Source: Thainema sp.
GTDB lineage: Bacteria > Cyanobacteriota > Cyanobacteriia > Phormidesmidales > Phormidesmidaceae
Direction: 5' to 3'
Assembly (NCBI GenBank): GCA_052168235.1
Contig: JBQLZK010000074.1
Coordinates: forward strand, 1 to 29,349
DNA length: 29,349 bases
The position numbers and the translations under genes are program-made. A model generated the notes under the pieces. That model did no database searches, was not told the origin of the DNA, and was given only the letters and a program-made list of their open reading frames with translations. This document shows, in pieces, positions 1 through 8,435 of this stretch (position 1 is the first letter of the stretch; every line of letters starts with the position of its first letter).

Positions 1-115
1 TGCCAGTGCGGTCATCACATTTCGCTCATCTGAGGTTTTCGGATAGGCTCTTAATGGTGAGCTTGCTCATGAGAGTTGCGATCACGCTAGTATTTAGTAT
101 TTTAGGTAAAACAGC

Positions 116-2341
116 TCATAATTGAGACATATGCTCAGATAACATTTCAACTTGTTGATGTAGCTCTCGCAAGCTTGACAATGAGTGAGCATCCTGTTCA
201 AATTCGCTTCCATCGCTATAGGTGATTTGATACATATAGCTTTCTGTAGGATTATTCATTTGAAAAGATGGCTTCACAATAAAATCTGAAGCCTCCTTAA
301 CAGATCTAAAAGTCAACGGTTCAGATTCCGGTCTCAAAATTATTCTGATCTCTTGAGGCAAAGAGCTTAATCTTGCACGAACACGATCAACATATGAGTC
401 GACAGTTGCTTGCCCAATTAACTCGATCAGAGTGTTTGAAACTTCAGTACATTTTTCTAGAGTCAAATCAGCCTCAAAAGCTTGAGAAAGCTGACGTTTC
501 TCTCCTTCAGAAAGACGATCCGGATAATCCATATGCAATCCATTTAGCCTAAAAGATTGCACAATCTTTTCTTTTGGCACATAAAATAAATCAATGTCTC
601 TACTTCTTACTAATTCGCGGGCAGGTGCCGTAAAATCTCCTGCTGAGATTATTCCTAAGAATCGAGCCGTTGGGTATGAGATTCGCATTGGAGTTAATTT
701 CCCGCTATCGTCTCTGGCTTTGTCCTTAGAATGCCTAGCACCACGTCTCCAGAAGCATTCAACAAAAGCAACTGGAATTCCTCTATTTAAATTAGATCCG
801 CCAAGTTCTAAAACGAAATCAAAGTCAACAGAGTTTCCGTCCTCATCATTCCAAATAATTTTTTCTCCTCGATGTTCATTAATGACAGGTCTTTCTACAA
901 AACGATTATCTAAAAATAAATCTAGTTTCTCCGATACCTGAGTTAGAAGAGGTAAGACAAAAAATTCTTCGAACCAATCACCAATAAGTTGACCAAGTTT
1001 GTGTCCTGATGATGAAGGTTCTCTATTTTCGCTAGCCATAACTAAACTATCCGAATATTTCGATACCCAAAGTATTCCTTCTTGCAATGGAAATCTATGT
1101 TTCCTATTTTTCCATTTAACATTTCGGTCCCTAAGCTTATCAAAAGTATAAAACTCAAAACCTGCGCTAACAGCAAGCTCTCCTAGCCATCGATTGACAG
1201 GGACATGAATACCATATGGTGCTGAGTCACCAACTACAAAGCAGATCTGCGAATTCTCTTTACAAACTTTTTGAAGGGATAACCATACCTTAGCCATGTC
1301 AAGAAAGTAAGCTGCAACCATAGTATGATAATGCTTCTTTCCACCATGATTTAGTCGTTCGGACGCTAGCTTCTGGCAAACTTGTGATAGCTCTTTATAA
1401 ATTGGCTGAATTTCTTGAGCCTCTAACAAATATTCAAGAGATAGTTTTTCGCGTGATGCATGTTGTGAAGAAGAGACTATTAGATTTTTCCTAACTGCTT
1501 GATGCAAATCTCCCCATGACTGTACTTCTCCCCAAAAAGACATCTCAAACCTAGTAGAATCAGCATAATCATAATTATTTGCATATGGCGGTGAAGTAAT
1601 TACTAAATCAACCTTTTCATCCACAACTTCATTACAGGTTCTAGCATCCGAATAAAATATTTTTGCTTGTGAATAAGAACTTTGGTTCTGAAGTAATTCC
1701 ATATCAAATATCATTATTTTGATTTGCTTATGAAATGCTTCGAAAGGGCTGACAGAGTTTTTTTTGGATTTATTTGGCAGTATATATTGCCATTGTGAAG
1801 TGTTAACCGAGGATGTTGAGCGAAGTATGGCAGTAATAGCAAGCCATACAAGTTCAGAGGCACAACTCTTATCATTACAGACTTGCCATGCTTTCTTCAG
1901 TTTGCTTAAGTCTAACAAAGACGAAGAGGAAAAACTTCTATTGATTAAATCTGGATAATGTTCATCAAAAGTATTGTAATTCTTTGCATATTCTAAAACT
2001 TCATATGCTTTTTCCTTGAATTCTGATACTGATGATGACCAAAAAGTTTTAGCTTTGGCAATGCGAGCAACAAATGAATGTGCTTCAATTCCAATACTAA
2101 CTACTTGTAGTTTGTCTGCAGATATTAAGACAGTTCCTGAACCAGCAAAAGGATCTAAAACTACAGGTGCTTCATATCCAGAATTTTGAATAATTTCCTC
2201 CACCCACTCAGCCGCAAAACCAGCAGAATAGCGGAACCATCTATGAATGGGTAGCTTCATATTATCAACGAAAGTTCCGGAACGGCTCAACTTTTGTTGA
2301 GTAATTTTGCTTTTGGGAAAAAGTTCAAGCTGATCAATCAT
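116..2341 (-). CDS. DNA amino-methyltransferase (SPPY type, probably N4-cytosine) fused to a putative PD-(D/E)xK restriction endonuclease
   Basis: 741-aa ORF. Motif I (VLDPFAGSGT) precedes motif IV (DLVITSPPY), the alpha-class order. The C-terminal ~307 aa from internal Met435 carry DFDFVLE...VAFVECFWRR, resembling a nuclease core. Visibly AT-rich, with no HIP1 sites. Confidence 0.8.
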   Translation of the reverse strand: MIDQLELFPKSKITQQKLSRSGTFVDNMKLPIHRWFRYSAGFAAEWVEEIIQNSGYEAPVVLDPFAGSGTVLISADKLQVVSIGIEAHSFVARIAKAKTFWSSSVSEFKEKAYEVLEYAKNYNTFDEHYPDLINRSFSSSSLLDLSKLKKAWQVCNDKSCASELVWLAITAILRSTSSVNTSQWQYILPNKSKKNSVSPFEAFHKQIKIMIFDMELLQNQSSYSQAKIFYSDARTCNEVVDEKVDLVITSPPYANNYDYADSTRFEMSFWGEVQSWGDLHQAVRKNLIVSSSQHASREKLSLEYLLEAQEIQPIYKELSQVCQKLASERLNHGGKKHYHTMVAAYFLDMAKVWLSLQKVCKENSQICFVVGDSAPYGIHVPVNRWLGELAVSAGFEFYTFDKLRDRNVKWKNRKHRFPLQEGILWVSKYSDSLVMASENREPSSSGHKLGQLIGDWFEEFFVLPLLTQVSEKLDLFLDNRFVERPVINEHRGEKIIWNDEDGNSVDFDFVLELGGSNLNRGIPVAFVECFWRRGARHSKDKARDDSGKLTPMRISYPTARFLGIISAGDFTAPARELVRSRDIDLFYVPKEKIVQSFRLNGLHMDYPDRLSEGEKRQLSQAFEADLTLEKCTEVSNTLIELIGQATVDSYVDRVRARLSSLPQEIRIILRPESEPLTFRSVKEASDFIVKPSFQMNNPTESYMYQITYSDGSEFEQDAHSLSSLRELHQQVEMLSEHMSQL

Positions 2342-2427
2342 AAAAATGATGTTATATTGTACTCTTTATAATTGCACAATGAATTGAAGACGAGATTTTT
2401 CTACTCTAGATACATCAAAGCGAAGTT

Positions 2428-2456
2428 TAAAGGGGATAGACAAATGTCCATCCCCT
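2428..2456 (-). terminator. Probable intrinsic terminator after nrdJ
   Basis: Minus strand reads AGGGGATGGAC-ATTT-GTCTATCCCCT (one G-U pair) followed by a short T run, about 30 bp past the nrdJ stop. Confidence 0.5.
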
Positions 2457-2484
2457 CAGTTTCAAAACTCAACCTGCACCCAAA

Positions 2485-4662
2485 TTACTTCTTCTGTTCT
2501 GGGAACAAACACTTATCCGAATCACAGCCCGCTGGCCCTGCTTCAGACATTTCAGACTGGTCATAGCGACTCAGCGCCCGATTAAAATCAACCGTTTCCC
2601 GGCGAGCATGAACCGCCGCCGCCAGCCGCTCATACTCCTCTTTTGAGATTGGCTCAAACGGCAAACGCGGGAACGTTTGGTGATCATCAAATCGCGCCAG
2701 CAGCGCCGCCGAAATATAGCCCTCGTCGTTTTCGATCGCATTATAAATCCGCTCACCCAGCCACTCAATTTCAGCCTCACGGAACTCAATCGTCGCCGAC
2801 GTATTGTGCGCCGTATAGTGCTTCTGCACCTGCATATAGAAATCAAACTGCGCCGCCGCCGAAAACTGCGAGACATCAATCTGATCCGCCCCCGGCAGAT
2901 TCGCCCAGGACACCTCGACCGGAATTTCCACCAGCCACTCCGTACAGCGCGGATCAAACGGATCATTCAGCAGATTGCCATTCTCATCCTTATCTGACTG
3001 CGACGGCACCACCGAATAACCATAGTCAATACAGGCCATCGCTACCGGGTCACTCTTGCGGAACGTAATCCGGCGGATAAACCGCTGCGCCTTCGGTGGG
3101 TGCCAACCCGAACTTGCCCCCGACAGCAGCGACTTCGTACCCGCAGGCTGCACCGTCGTACAGCGATTTGGCCGCTTCAGACCATTGCGATCGCAATAAT
3201 CCCACACCGCCTGATGCACAATATTGCGCCAGCGGCTCAGGTACTCCTGCTCCTTCGCCTTAAACTCCAGACCCGCCACTGTATCAGGCCGACCCTCTTC
3301 CCACCAGCGCAGCCAATCCGTGCCAAACGCATGGACAAAGAAGTCAAACAGGCCCGTAAACGACACGCCCACAATCGGGTCATCCAACCGCGACTGCTGA
3401 TAGCGCGGCTCCACAAACTCATGATTGAGCAACGCCGCAACTGCGATCGCACCTGCCGTAAACGCCTCTTCTTGCTCCTCCGGATTATGCGGATCAAGCT
3501 GATTTAGATGAACTTCAGCCAAATTGCAGTGAAAATTACTACCCAGGATCTCACCGCATGGATTCAAACCATAGCGATCATCGCCCTCTGCCCGACGCTT
3601 CGCTTCACCTGCCCACTGAATCGCACCTTCGCCGGAATAGAACTGCTTGCGAACTGAATCCACGCAGTCTTCCAAGCTTGGCTTCGTATGGAACACGCGA
3701 GTATGATTCGCCATCCGCAGCGCATCCCGCTCTGGGTCAATCCGCCAGTTGCCCTCTGCATCCTGCATCCAGAGGTTATCTTTAGCACCCGTCGCAACCG
3801 TGTCGTTGCTGTCAAATTGACGCATCCCTGCGCTCCGCCGGATGTTACCTGCCACAACACAAGCGGCAGCCTCATCGATCAACAGACAGCACTCAATCGA
3901 ATTCAGCTTGCGACCGTTGGCCTTATTGAGAATATTGGCACAGCGCTCATACAGAGACGGCAGCCGCACCGGATTCGCCATGCCGCCAAAGCCCTTCAGC
4001 TTTTCACCCGCCGGACGGACATCGCTGAGATCAATCGTGACGTTAACCTCACCATCGAACTGCGGATCAGTAGACAGTTCCAGCAGCGATTGATAGGACT
4101 TCACCCAGCCCTGACGACTGTCGCCCACCTTGATCTGAACGGTTTGTCCGTCAATTTGCACATCGGTTTCTTCGCGCCGCTGATCGGCAGGCGTCGTACC
4201 AATCTCGCCATTCGTCGTCACACTGAGCCGATTGCGAATCGCTGGGAGCTGATTAATATATTTCGGTTCCAGAACCGCGCCTGTGCCGCAGCCCATCATG
4301 GCCAAATCCATCATCAGGCCAAAGGCTTGCCAGTCCACTACATTCGTACTGGTGCAGTTGTAAGCCCCAGAAAAGTTAGCCGGATTCTCTAGCCATTCGG
4401 TGCCACCCACCCAGAGCCACCGCCCCGAAGGCAGCGCCTTGAGCTGCCGCTGCATCCGCCCAATCAGAGCCGATTCTACGCTGGTCAGCTTACCGAGCTT
4501 AATTAAACCCTTTAAAGTGCGATCGCACACCTCATCCCAAGACTCGCGGCGATTATCCTCCAGCTTGCGGCGGCTGTAGGTACGATAAAACACCGGATTC
4601 GCAGCGGGTGCAGATTCCGGAAATGGGCTTTGATGACGGGTGCGCTCCAGTTCTTGAACCAT
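2485..4662 (-). CDS. nrdJ: Class II (adenosylcobalamin-dependent) ribonucleoside-triphosphate reductase
   Basis: Motifs LPSGRWLW, YNCTS, GNIRRSA, GLNPCGE (radical Cys), TTVQPAGT and C-terminal CDSDKC. ATG at 4662 (MVQELER) is preferred to the upstream TTG, giving 725 aa. No intein visible. Confidence 0.95.
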   Translation of the reverse strand: MVQELERTRHQSPFPESAPAANPVFYRTYSRRKLEDNRRESWDEVCDRTLKGLIKLGKLTSVESALIGRMQRQLKALPSGRWLWVGGTEWLENPANFSGAYNCTSTNVVDWQAFGLMMDLAMMGCGTGAVLEPKYINQLPAIRNRLSVTTNGEIGTTPADQRREETDVQIDGQTVQIKVGDSRQGWVKSYQSLLELSTDPQFDGEVNVTIDLSDVRPAGEKLKGFGGMANPVRLPSLYERCANILNKANGRKLNSIECCLLIDEAAACVVAGNIRRSAGMRQFDSNDTVATGAKDNLWMQDAEGNWRIDPERDALRMANHTRVFHTKPSLEDCVDSVRKQFYSGEGAIQWAGEAKRRAEGDDRYGLNPCGEILGSNFHCNLAEVHLNQLDPHNPEEQEEAFTAGAIAVAALLNHEFVEPRYQQSRLDDPIVGVSFTGLFDFFVHAFGTDWLRWWEEGRPDTVAGLEFKAKEQEYLSRWRNIVHQAVWDYCDRNGLKRPNRCTTVQPAGTKSLLSGASSGWHPPKAQRFIRRITFRKSDPVAMACIDYGYSVVPSQSDKDENGNLLNDPFDPRCTEWLVEIPVEVSWANLPGADQIDVSQFSAAAQFDFYMQVQKHYTAHNTSATIEFREAEIEWLGERIYNAIENDEGYISAALLARFDDHQTFPRLPFEPISKEEYERLAAAVHARRETVDFNRALSRYDQSEMSEAGPAGCDSDKCLFPEQKK

Positions 4663-4726
4663 AGAAACAGCTTTCCTCCAGGCTGGGGTTAGTACCAAAT
4701 TTATGCGTCGTAATGGGATCAATACT

Positions 4727-4784
4727 AAGACACATCTAGCGTCTTGCAAGAAGGTAATGCAAAAATTGACCCTATGGATAGGGG
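4727..4784. promoter_or_regulatory. Candidate tandem NrdR boxes upstream of nrdJ
   Basis: 4727-4742 (minus strand ACGCTAGATGTGTCTT) and 4769-4784 (ACCCTATGGATAGGGG) partly match the NrdR consensus acaCwAtATaTwGtgt. They are offset by 42 bp. Confidence 0.5.
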
Positions 4785-4956
4785 GTTAAAATATTGAGTT
4801 TGATAGACGTTTAAACTCTAACATAACGTTTATTTATGTATACGTAAGCTATGATCAGATACGTTTACAGACATAATGCGCTGCTTTAAATAGCGTTTTG
4901 CGGATTGCAAAGATTCCTCTGGTCATTGCAACCCCGTTTCAGTCCACTAACACTTA

Positions 4957-5042
4957 TTGCTACTTGCCTTCGACGAGGTCCAGGACGGTCGTTCGTCCTG
5001 GTCGAGGGGGACTGGGGGCAATCGAAATGCCCCCAGTAGCAA
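4957..5042. other. Multi-stem structured element (ncRNA/leader or dispersed palindromic repeat)
   Basis: Pairings: TTGCTACT 4957-4964 / AGTAGCAA 5035-5042; CCTTCGAC 4967-4974 / GTCGAGGG 5001-5008; CAGGACG 4981-4987 / CGTCCTG 4994-5000; ACTGGGGGCA 5011-5020 / TGCCCCCAGT 5028-5037. Confidence 0.6.
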
Positions 5043-5108
5043 GGCTAGGTTTTGACAGATAACCCTATCAATAGCGTCAACACCATTGAACTGATCCCGC
5101 TTAATTTT

Positions 5109-5603
5109 ATGGATGGTTTCACCCGCCAAGAAGCGATCGCACTTACCCAAACCACCTCCAGTCGGCTCGCCTACCTCGACCGCACAGGTATCGTGGTACC
5201 GGAAAAGTACGGCAATCACAAGAAGCCCACCGTGATCTATAGCTGGGAGCAAATCTTGGAAATTCGCGCCATCAACGACCTGCGCCAGCAAACCTCCCTC
5301 CAGATGGTGCGCAAAATTGTTGAATTTCTTGATAAACACGGCCTCGACCCCAGCCTGCGCGACAAGCATCTCGTCGTCGCCAACGATGAAGTGTTTCTCG
5401 TCCTGCCCGACTGGTCAGACATGCCCCAAGTGATGAAAGTCGCCGGACGCAGCAATCAAGGCATCGGCCAAATGGTACTCGTTGTCCTGCCGCCGCTATC
5501 GGACGTGATTCGCGATGTTTGGCAAGCCGCTCAGGAATCGGACGTGGTGGATTTTGCCAGCTTTAAACGAAGAGCAAAAGCATCTCCAGCACAGGCATCG
5601 TAA
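5109..5603 (+). CDS. MerR-family HTH transcriptional regulator (CvkR/McdR-like architecture)
   Basis: N-terminal MerR-type winged HTH: GFTRQEAIALT..SRLAYLDRTGIVVP...IYSWEQILEIRAI...SLQMVRKIVEFL. No cysteines. ATG at 5109 gives 164 aa. Confidence 0.8.
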   Translation: MDGFTRQEAIALTQTTSSRLAYLDRTGIVVPEKYGNHKKPTVIYSWEQILEIRAINDLRQQTSLQMVRKIVEFLDKHGLDPSLRDKHLVVANDEVFLVLPDWSDMPQVMKVAGRSNQGIGQMVLVVLPPLSDVIRDVWQAAQESDVVDFASFKRRAKASPAQAS

Positions 5604-5613
5604 AAACTGACTT

Positions 5614-5925
5614 CTACCGCAAACGGAACCGCTTCAGCCGTCCCGTCCAAATAATCTGCACCAGACTGAGCAGCGCCAGCAGCTTCTGCACTTGCTGAAT
5701 TTGCTGCTCCAATCTCTGATACTTCAGCCGCAGATCTCGCGTACCAGCTTGCCCATTCAAAATCGCTGCTGGAGCGTTATTCAGCGTGCGATATGTACAC
5801 TGCTCGTAGCGAATGAGGCGAGTTGCAAACTGAGATAAGGCTCGCTTCCAGCACCAGAGTCGCCAAGCGCACCAAAAGAAGAAGACTGAAAGCAAAATGT
5901 TGATCGAGATGACAATGGCAACCAT
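5614..5925 (-). CDS. Small hypothetical membrane protein
   Basis: 103 aa with an N-terminal hydrophobic helix and a coiled-coil-like C-terminus. ATG start. Fills the gap convergent with the MerR gene. Confidence 0.7.
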   Translation of the reverse strand: MVAIVISINILLSVFFFWCAWRLWCWKRALSQFATRLIRYEQCTYRTLNNAPAAILNGQAGTRDLRLKYQRLEQQIQQVQKLLALLSLVQIIWTGRLKRFRLR

Positions 5926-6140
5926 AGCAAAGGTTTGTTAGTGTCCCGGCGTGTGCTGGTTAGCTGAATCATGATTCCATTACAGCATCATTCCCCGGTG
6001 TTCCAAACGGTCAAGTTCTTTAAACCAGTCGAAATTTTGGATCGCTTTCCGTCTGCGGTGTTATCAGTAAAGTAGTGGGCCAACCTAAACGTAGTTGGTT
6101 GACCGTTGTGTTCCCTTGCTGCATCTTCACGGAGGAGCGT

Positions 6141-8234
6141 ATGGCCTTCCAATTTAACCAACTCGACAAAATTGCCGACTTTGACAAGGCAATGGCAATC
6201 TTGGAAGAAGAATATATTCCTAACTTACTGGAAGCCTTTGTCAATTCGCCGGAAGCAAAAGCTTACGTCAAGGCGCATCCGCAAGAGGGGGAATATCTGG
6301 GCGACTGGGTTGGCAACTTTGTCTATTTTGGCTATGCCTACACCGGAACTACGCTGCCGAAGATGAAGCAGCAGGATGCTGAAGAGATTCTCCTCGACGT
6401 GTTTCCGCGTAAAGTCTCGTTAATGAACCCCGACGACGCGAACAGCACGATTCCAGAATTGATTGCGTTTTGGCAATTTGTACAGCGGGAATATAAGCAG
6501 CGCAACAGCAAAAAGATTTTGGCCTTTCTGCACAAAATTGAGCCGACGTTCACAGACACAATGAACGATCCAAGTAAATTTGGCATGGCCAAGTCGTTTA
6601 TGATGTCGGGGATGCAGGCTGGCTTTGATATGACGACTCAGGCAGGATTGGATGCGTTTCAGCAGCAGTATAACCAGCAGCTTCAGGAAGGCGGAGCGCC
6701 ATTACCCGGATTTCCCGGTTCGTCAATGCCGATGGCGGCAGGTGCTGGCCAAAATCCGTTAGCGGCTTATCCCATTCCAGAAGGAGTGCCGCCGGAATTT
6801 GTCGCACTACTGAGTCAGCAGATGGGATTTGGAGCTTTTCCGGGTCTAGAGCATTTGCCATCTGATCCACAGCAACTGGCAGAAGCGATCGCACATCATC
6901 TCGTCGAATCGGGTGACGTCCAACTGGATCAATCAGCCGTCGCTGATGCTCTGCCCCATCTGCTTCAAGAATTGCAGTCCGCCGCCGTTCAAGATCCCTT
7001 TGCCACTGACCCGATAGAGCTACCCGAATCTGCGATCGCACTGCTCCAGGATCTGGACATTACTGAAACCACACCGGGCACCATTGTCAAAGACTTTGAA
7101 ACCTTGTTAGCGGCAATGGGGGACAAGGGATTACCTGTCAGCGGCAAGCTACAGCATATTTCGCTCAAGCTGCTGGGTGATTTGAATGCCCAGATGAGTC
7201 AGCCGATTCAGCTCGCGCTCAAGCGTCCCCAGCAGAAGTCCTACGCGAATCTGCATGGCCTCTGCCTGTTGCTGCGGGCAACGGGGATCACCAAGGTTGC
7301 AACGGTCGGCAAAACGCCCCATCTACAGGTCGATCCCGACATCTATGCATCGTGGCAAACGCTGAATCCTACGGAGAAATACTTCACGCTGCTGGAAGCC
7401 TGGCTGATGCGAGCCACGGGTGAAATGATTGGCGAAGATCGCAATCCCATGAATGAGGGTGGCCGAGTACTGAACGGTTGGGCCTATTTAATGGATCGGC
7501 AAAAAACGTACAAGAACTACAACGAACAGCAGGATCTAAACTACTGGCCAGGACTCCACAATGTGGCGCTGATGCAGATGTTTGGCTGGGTGGAGATTAA
7601 CTCGCCCAAGCCGGAAGCGGGCAAGGGCTGGCGGATCAAAAAAGTGAAGCCGTTGCCCATTGGTGATGCGATCGCAACTGCTGCGGCTGGGGTCTATTAC
7701 CAACGGGAATACGGTGGTGGTTTTCAGCAAAACTACACTCAGCCGTGGGGAGAGCTACAGCCCTGTTTTCAGCCCTACTTCCCCGCATGGCAGCACAATC
7801 TGGCTGCGCCCAAACAGCAGGAGCACCAGACAGGCACCTTCATCTTCAAGGTTTCTCTCGACAACATTTGGCGGCGACTCTCCATTTCCAGTGAATCAAC
7901 GCTGGAAGAATTGTCATATTTAATTTTGCATTCGGTTGATTTCGATTCCGATCACTTACATCTATTTGCCTATAAAGACGGCATGGGGCGCACAATTGAG
8001 GTGCATCATCCCTATGATGAATGGCACAACGGCCCCCTTTCAGATCAAATCCTAGTGGGTGATTTGCCGCTGGAGCCAGGCATGTCGATGGACTATGTGT
8101 TTGACTTCGGCGACTACTGGGAATTCAGCATTCTGCTAGAAGAAATTCAATCGGGTAAACCGAAACGCAACAGTGACAAAATTCTAGAAAGCCACGGCGA
8201 AGCTCCCGAACAATATCCCAGTTGGGATGAATAA
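6141..8234 (+). CDS. Multidomain protein with C-terminal plasmid pRiA4b ORF-3-like domain
   Basis: Strong RBS GGAGGAG just before ATG 6141. The C-terminus FIFKVSL..IWRRLSI...TLEEL...DFDSDHLHLF...YVFDFGDYWEF...GEAPEQYP matches the pRiA4b ORF-3 pattern. Confidence 0.8.
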   Translation: MAFQFNQLDKIADFDKAMAILEEEYIPNLLEAFVNSPEAKAYVKAHPQEGEYLGDWVGNFVYFGYAYTGTTLPKMKQQDAEEILLDVFPRKVSLMNPDDANSTIPELIAFWQFVQREYKQRNSKKILAFLHKIEPTFTDTMNDPSKFGMAKSFMMSGMQAGFDMTTQAGLDAFQQQYNQQLQEGGAPLPGFPGSSMPMAAGAGQNPLAAYPIPEGVPPEFVALLSQQMGFGAFPGLEHLPSDPQQLAEAIAHHLVESGDVQLDQSAVADALPHLLQELQSAAVQDPFATDPIELPESAIALLQDLDITETTPGTIVKDFETLLAAMGDKGLPVSGKLQHISLKLLGDLNAQMSQPIQLALKRPQQKSYANLHGLCLLLRATGITKVATVGKTPHLQVDPDIYASWQTLNPTEKYFTLLEAWLMRATGEMIGEDRNPMNEGGRVLNGWAYLMDRQKTYKNYNEQQDLNYWPGLHNVALMQMFGWVEINSPKPEAGKGWRIKKVKPLPIGDAIATAAAGVYYQREYGGGFQQNYTQPWGELQPCFQPYFPAWQHNLAAPKQQEHQTGTFIFKVSLDNIWRRLSISSESTLEELSYLILHSVDFDSDHLHLFAYKDGMGRTIEVHHPYDEWHNGPLSDQILVGDLPLEPGMSMDYVFDFGDYWEFSILLEEIQSGKPKRNSDKILESHGEAPEQYPSWDE

Positions 8235-8435
8235 CTCAATCTGTAGGTTGGGCAGTGCCCGCCAATCTGGATTCAGCCTAATTCACATGCAAGTTGTGAA
8301 ATATCTGAACGTTGGCAAAATATGTGGTTGTCAATGGCAAATTCTATCTGTAGGGTCTGTGCAAATCGGCAGAGGCTTGCCTATTCTGTCCAATAGGCGA
8401 CATCTCTGTTAAGTTTCTTGAAGCACTTTGATCCT

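Noticed and set aside
1..70. Possible minus-strand gene start (ATG at 15, MTALA...) and a 14-codon ORF from ATG 70
   Set aside because: Too little sequence inside the window to support a call.
2571..4392. Several long overlapping ORFs within nrdJ (for example 3688-4392 +, 234 aa)
   Set aside because: Shadow frames of a GC-rich gene, with biased composition and no recognisable motifs.
4663..5100. Cobalamin riboswitch upstream of the B12-dependent nrdJ
   Set aside because: I found no B12-box or other conserved cobalamin riboswitch motifs on the minus strand.
4800..5603. Type V-K CAST locus suggested by the CvkR-like gene
   Set aside because: No cas12k, tns genes, CRISPR repeats or tRNA in the window.
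8239..8380. Degenerate GTAG-REP-like sequences (ATCTGTAGGTTGGGCAGTGCCC, ATCTGTAGGGTC)
   Set aside because: The palindromes are short and decayed. They may be REP relics but cannot be delimited.
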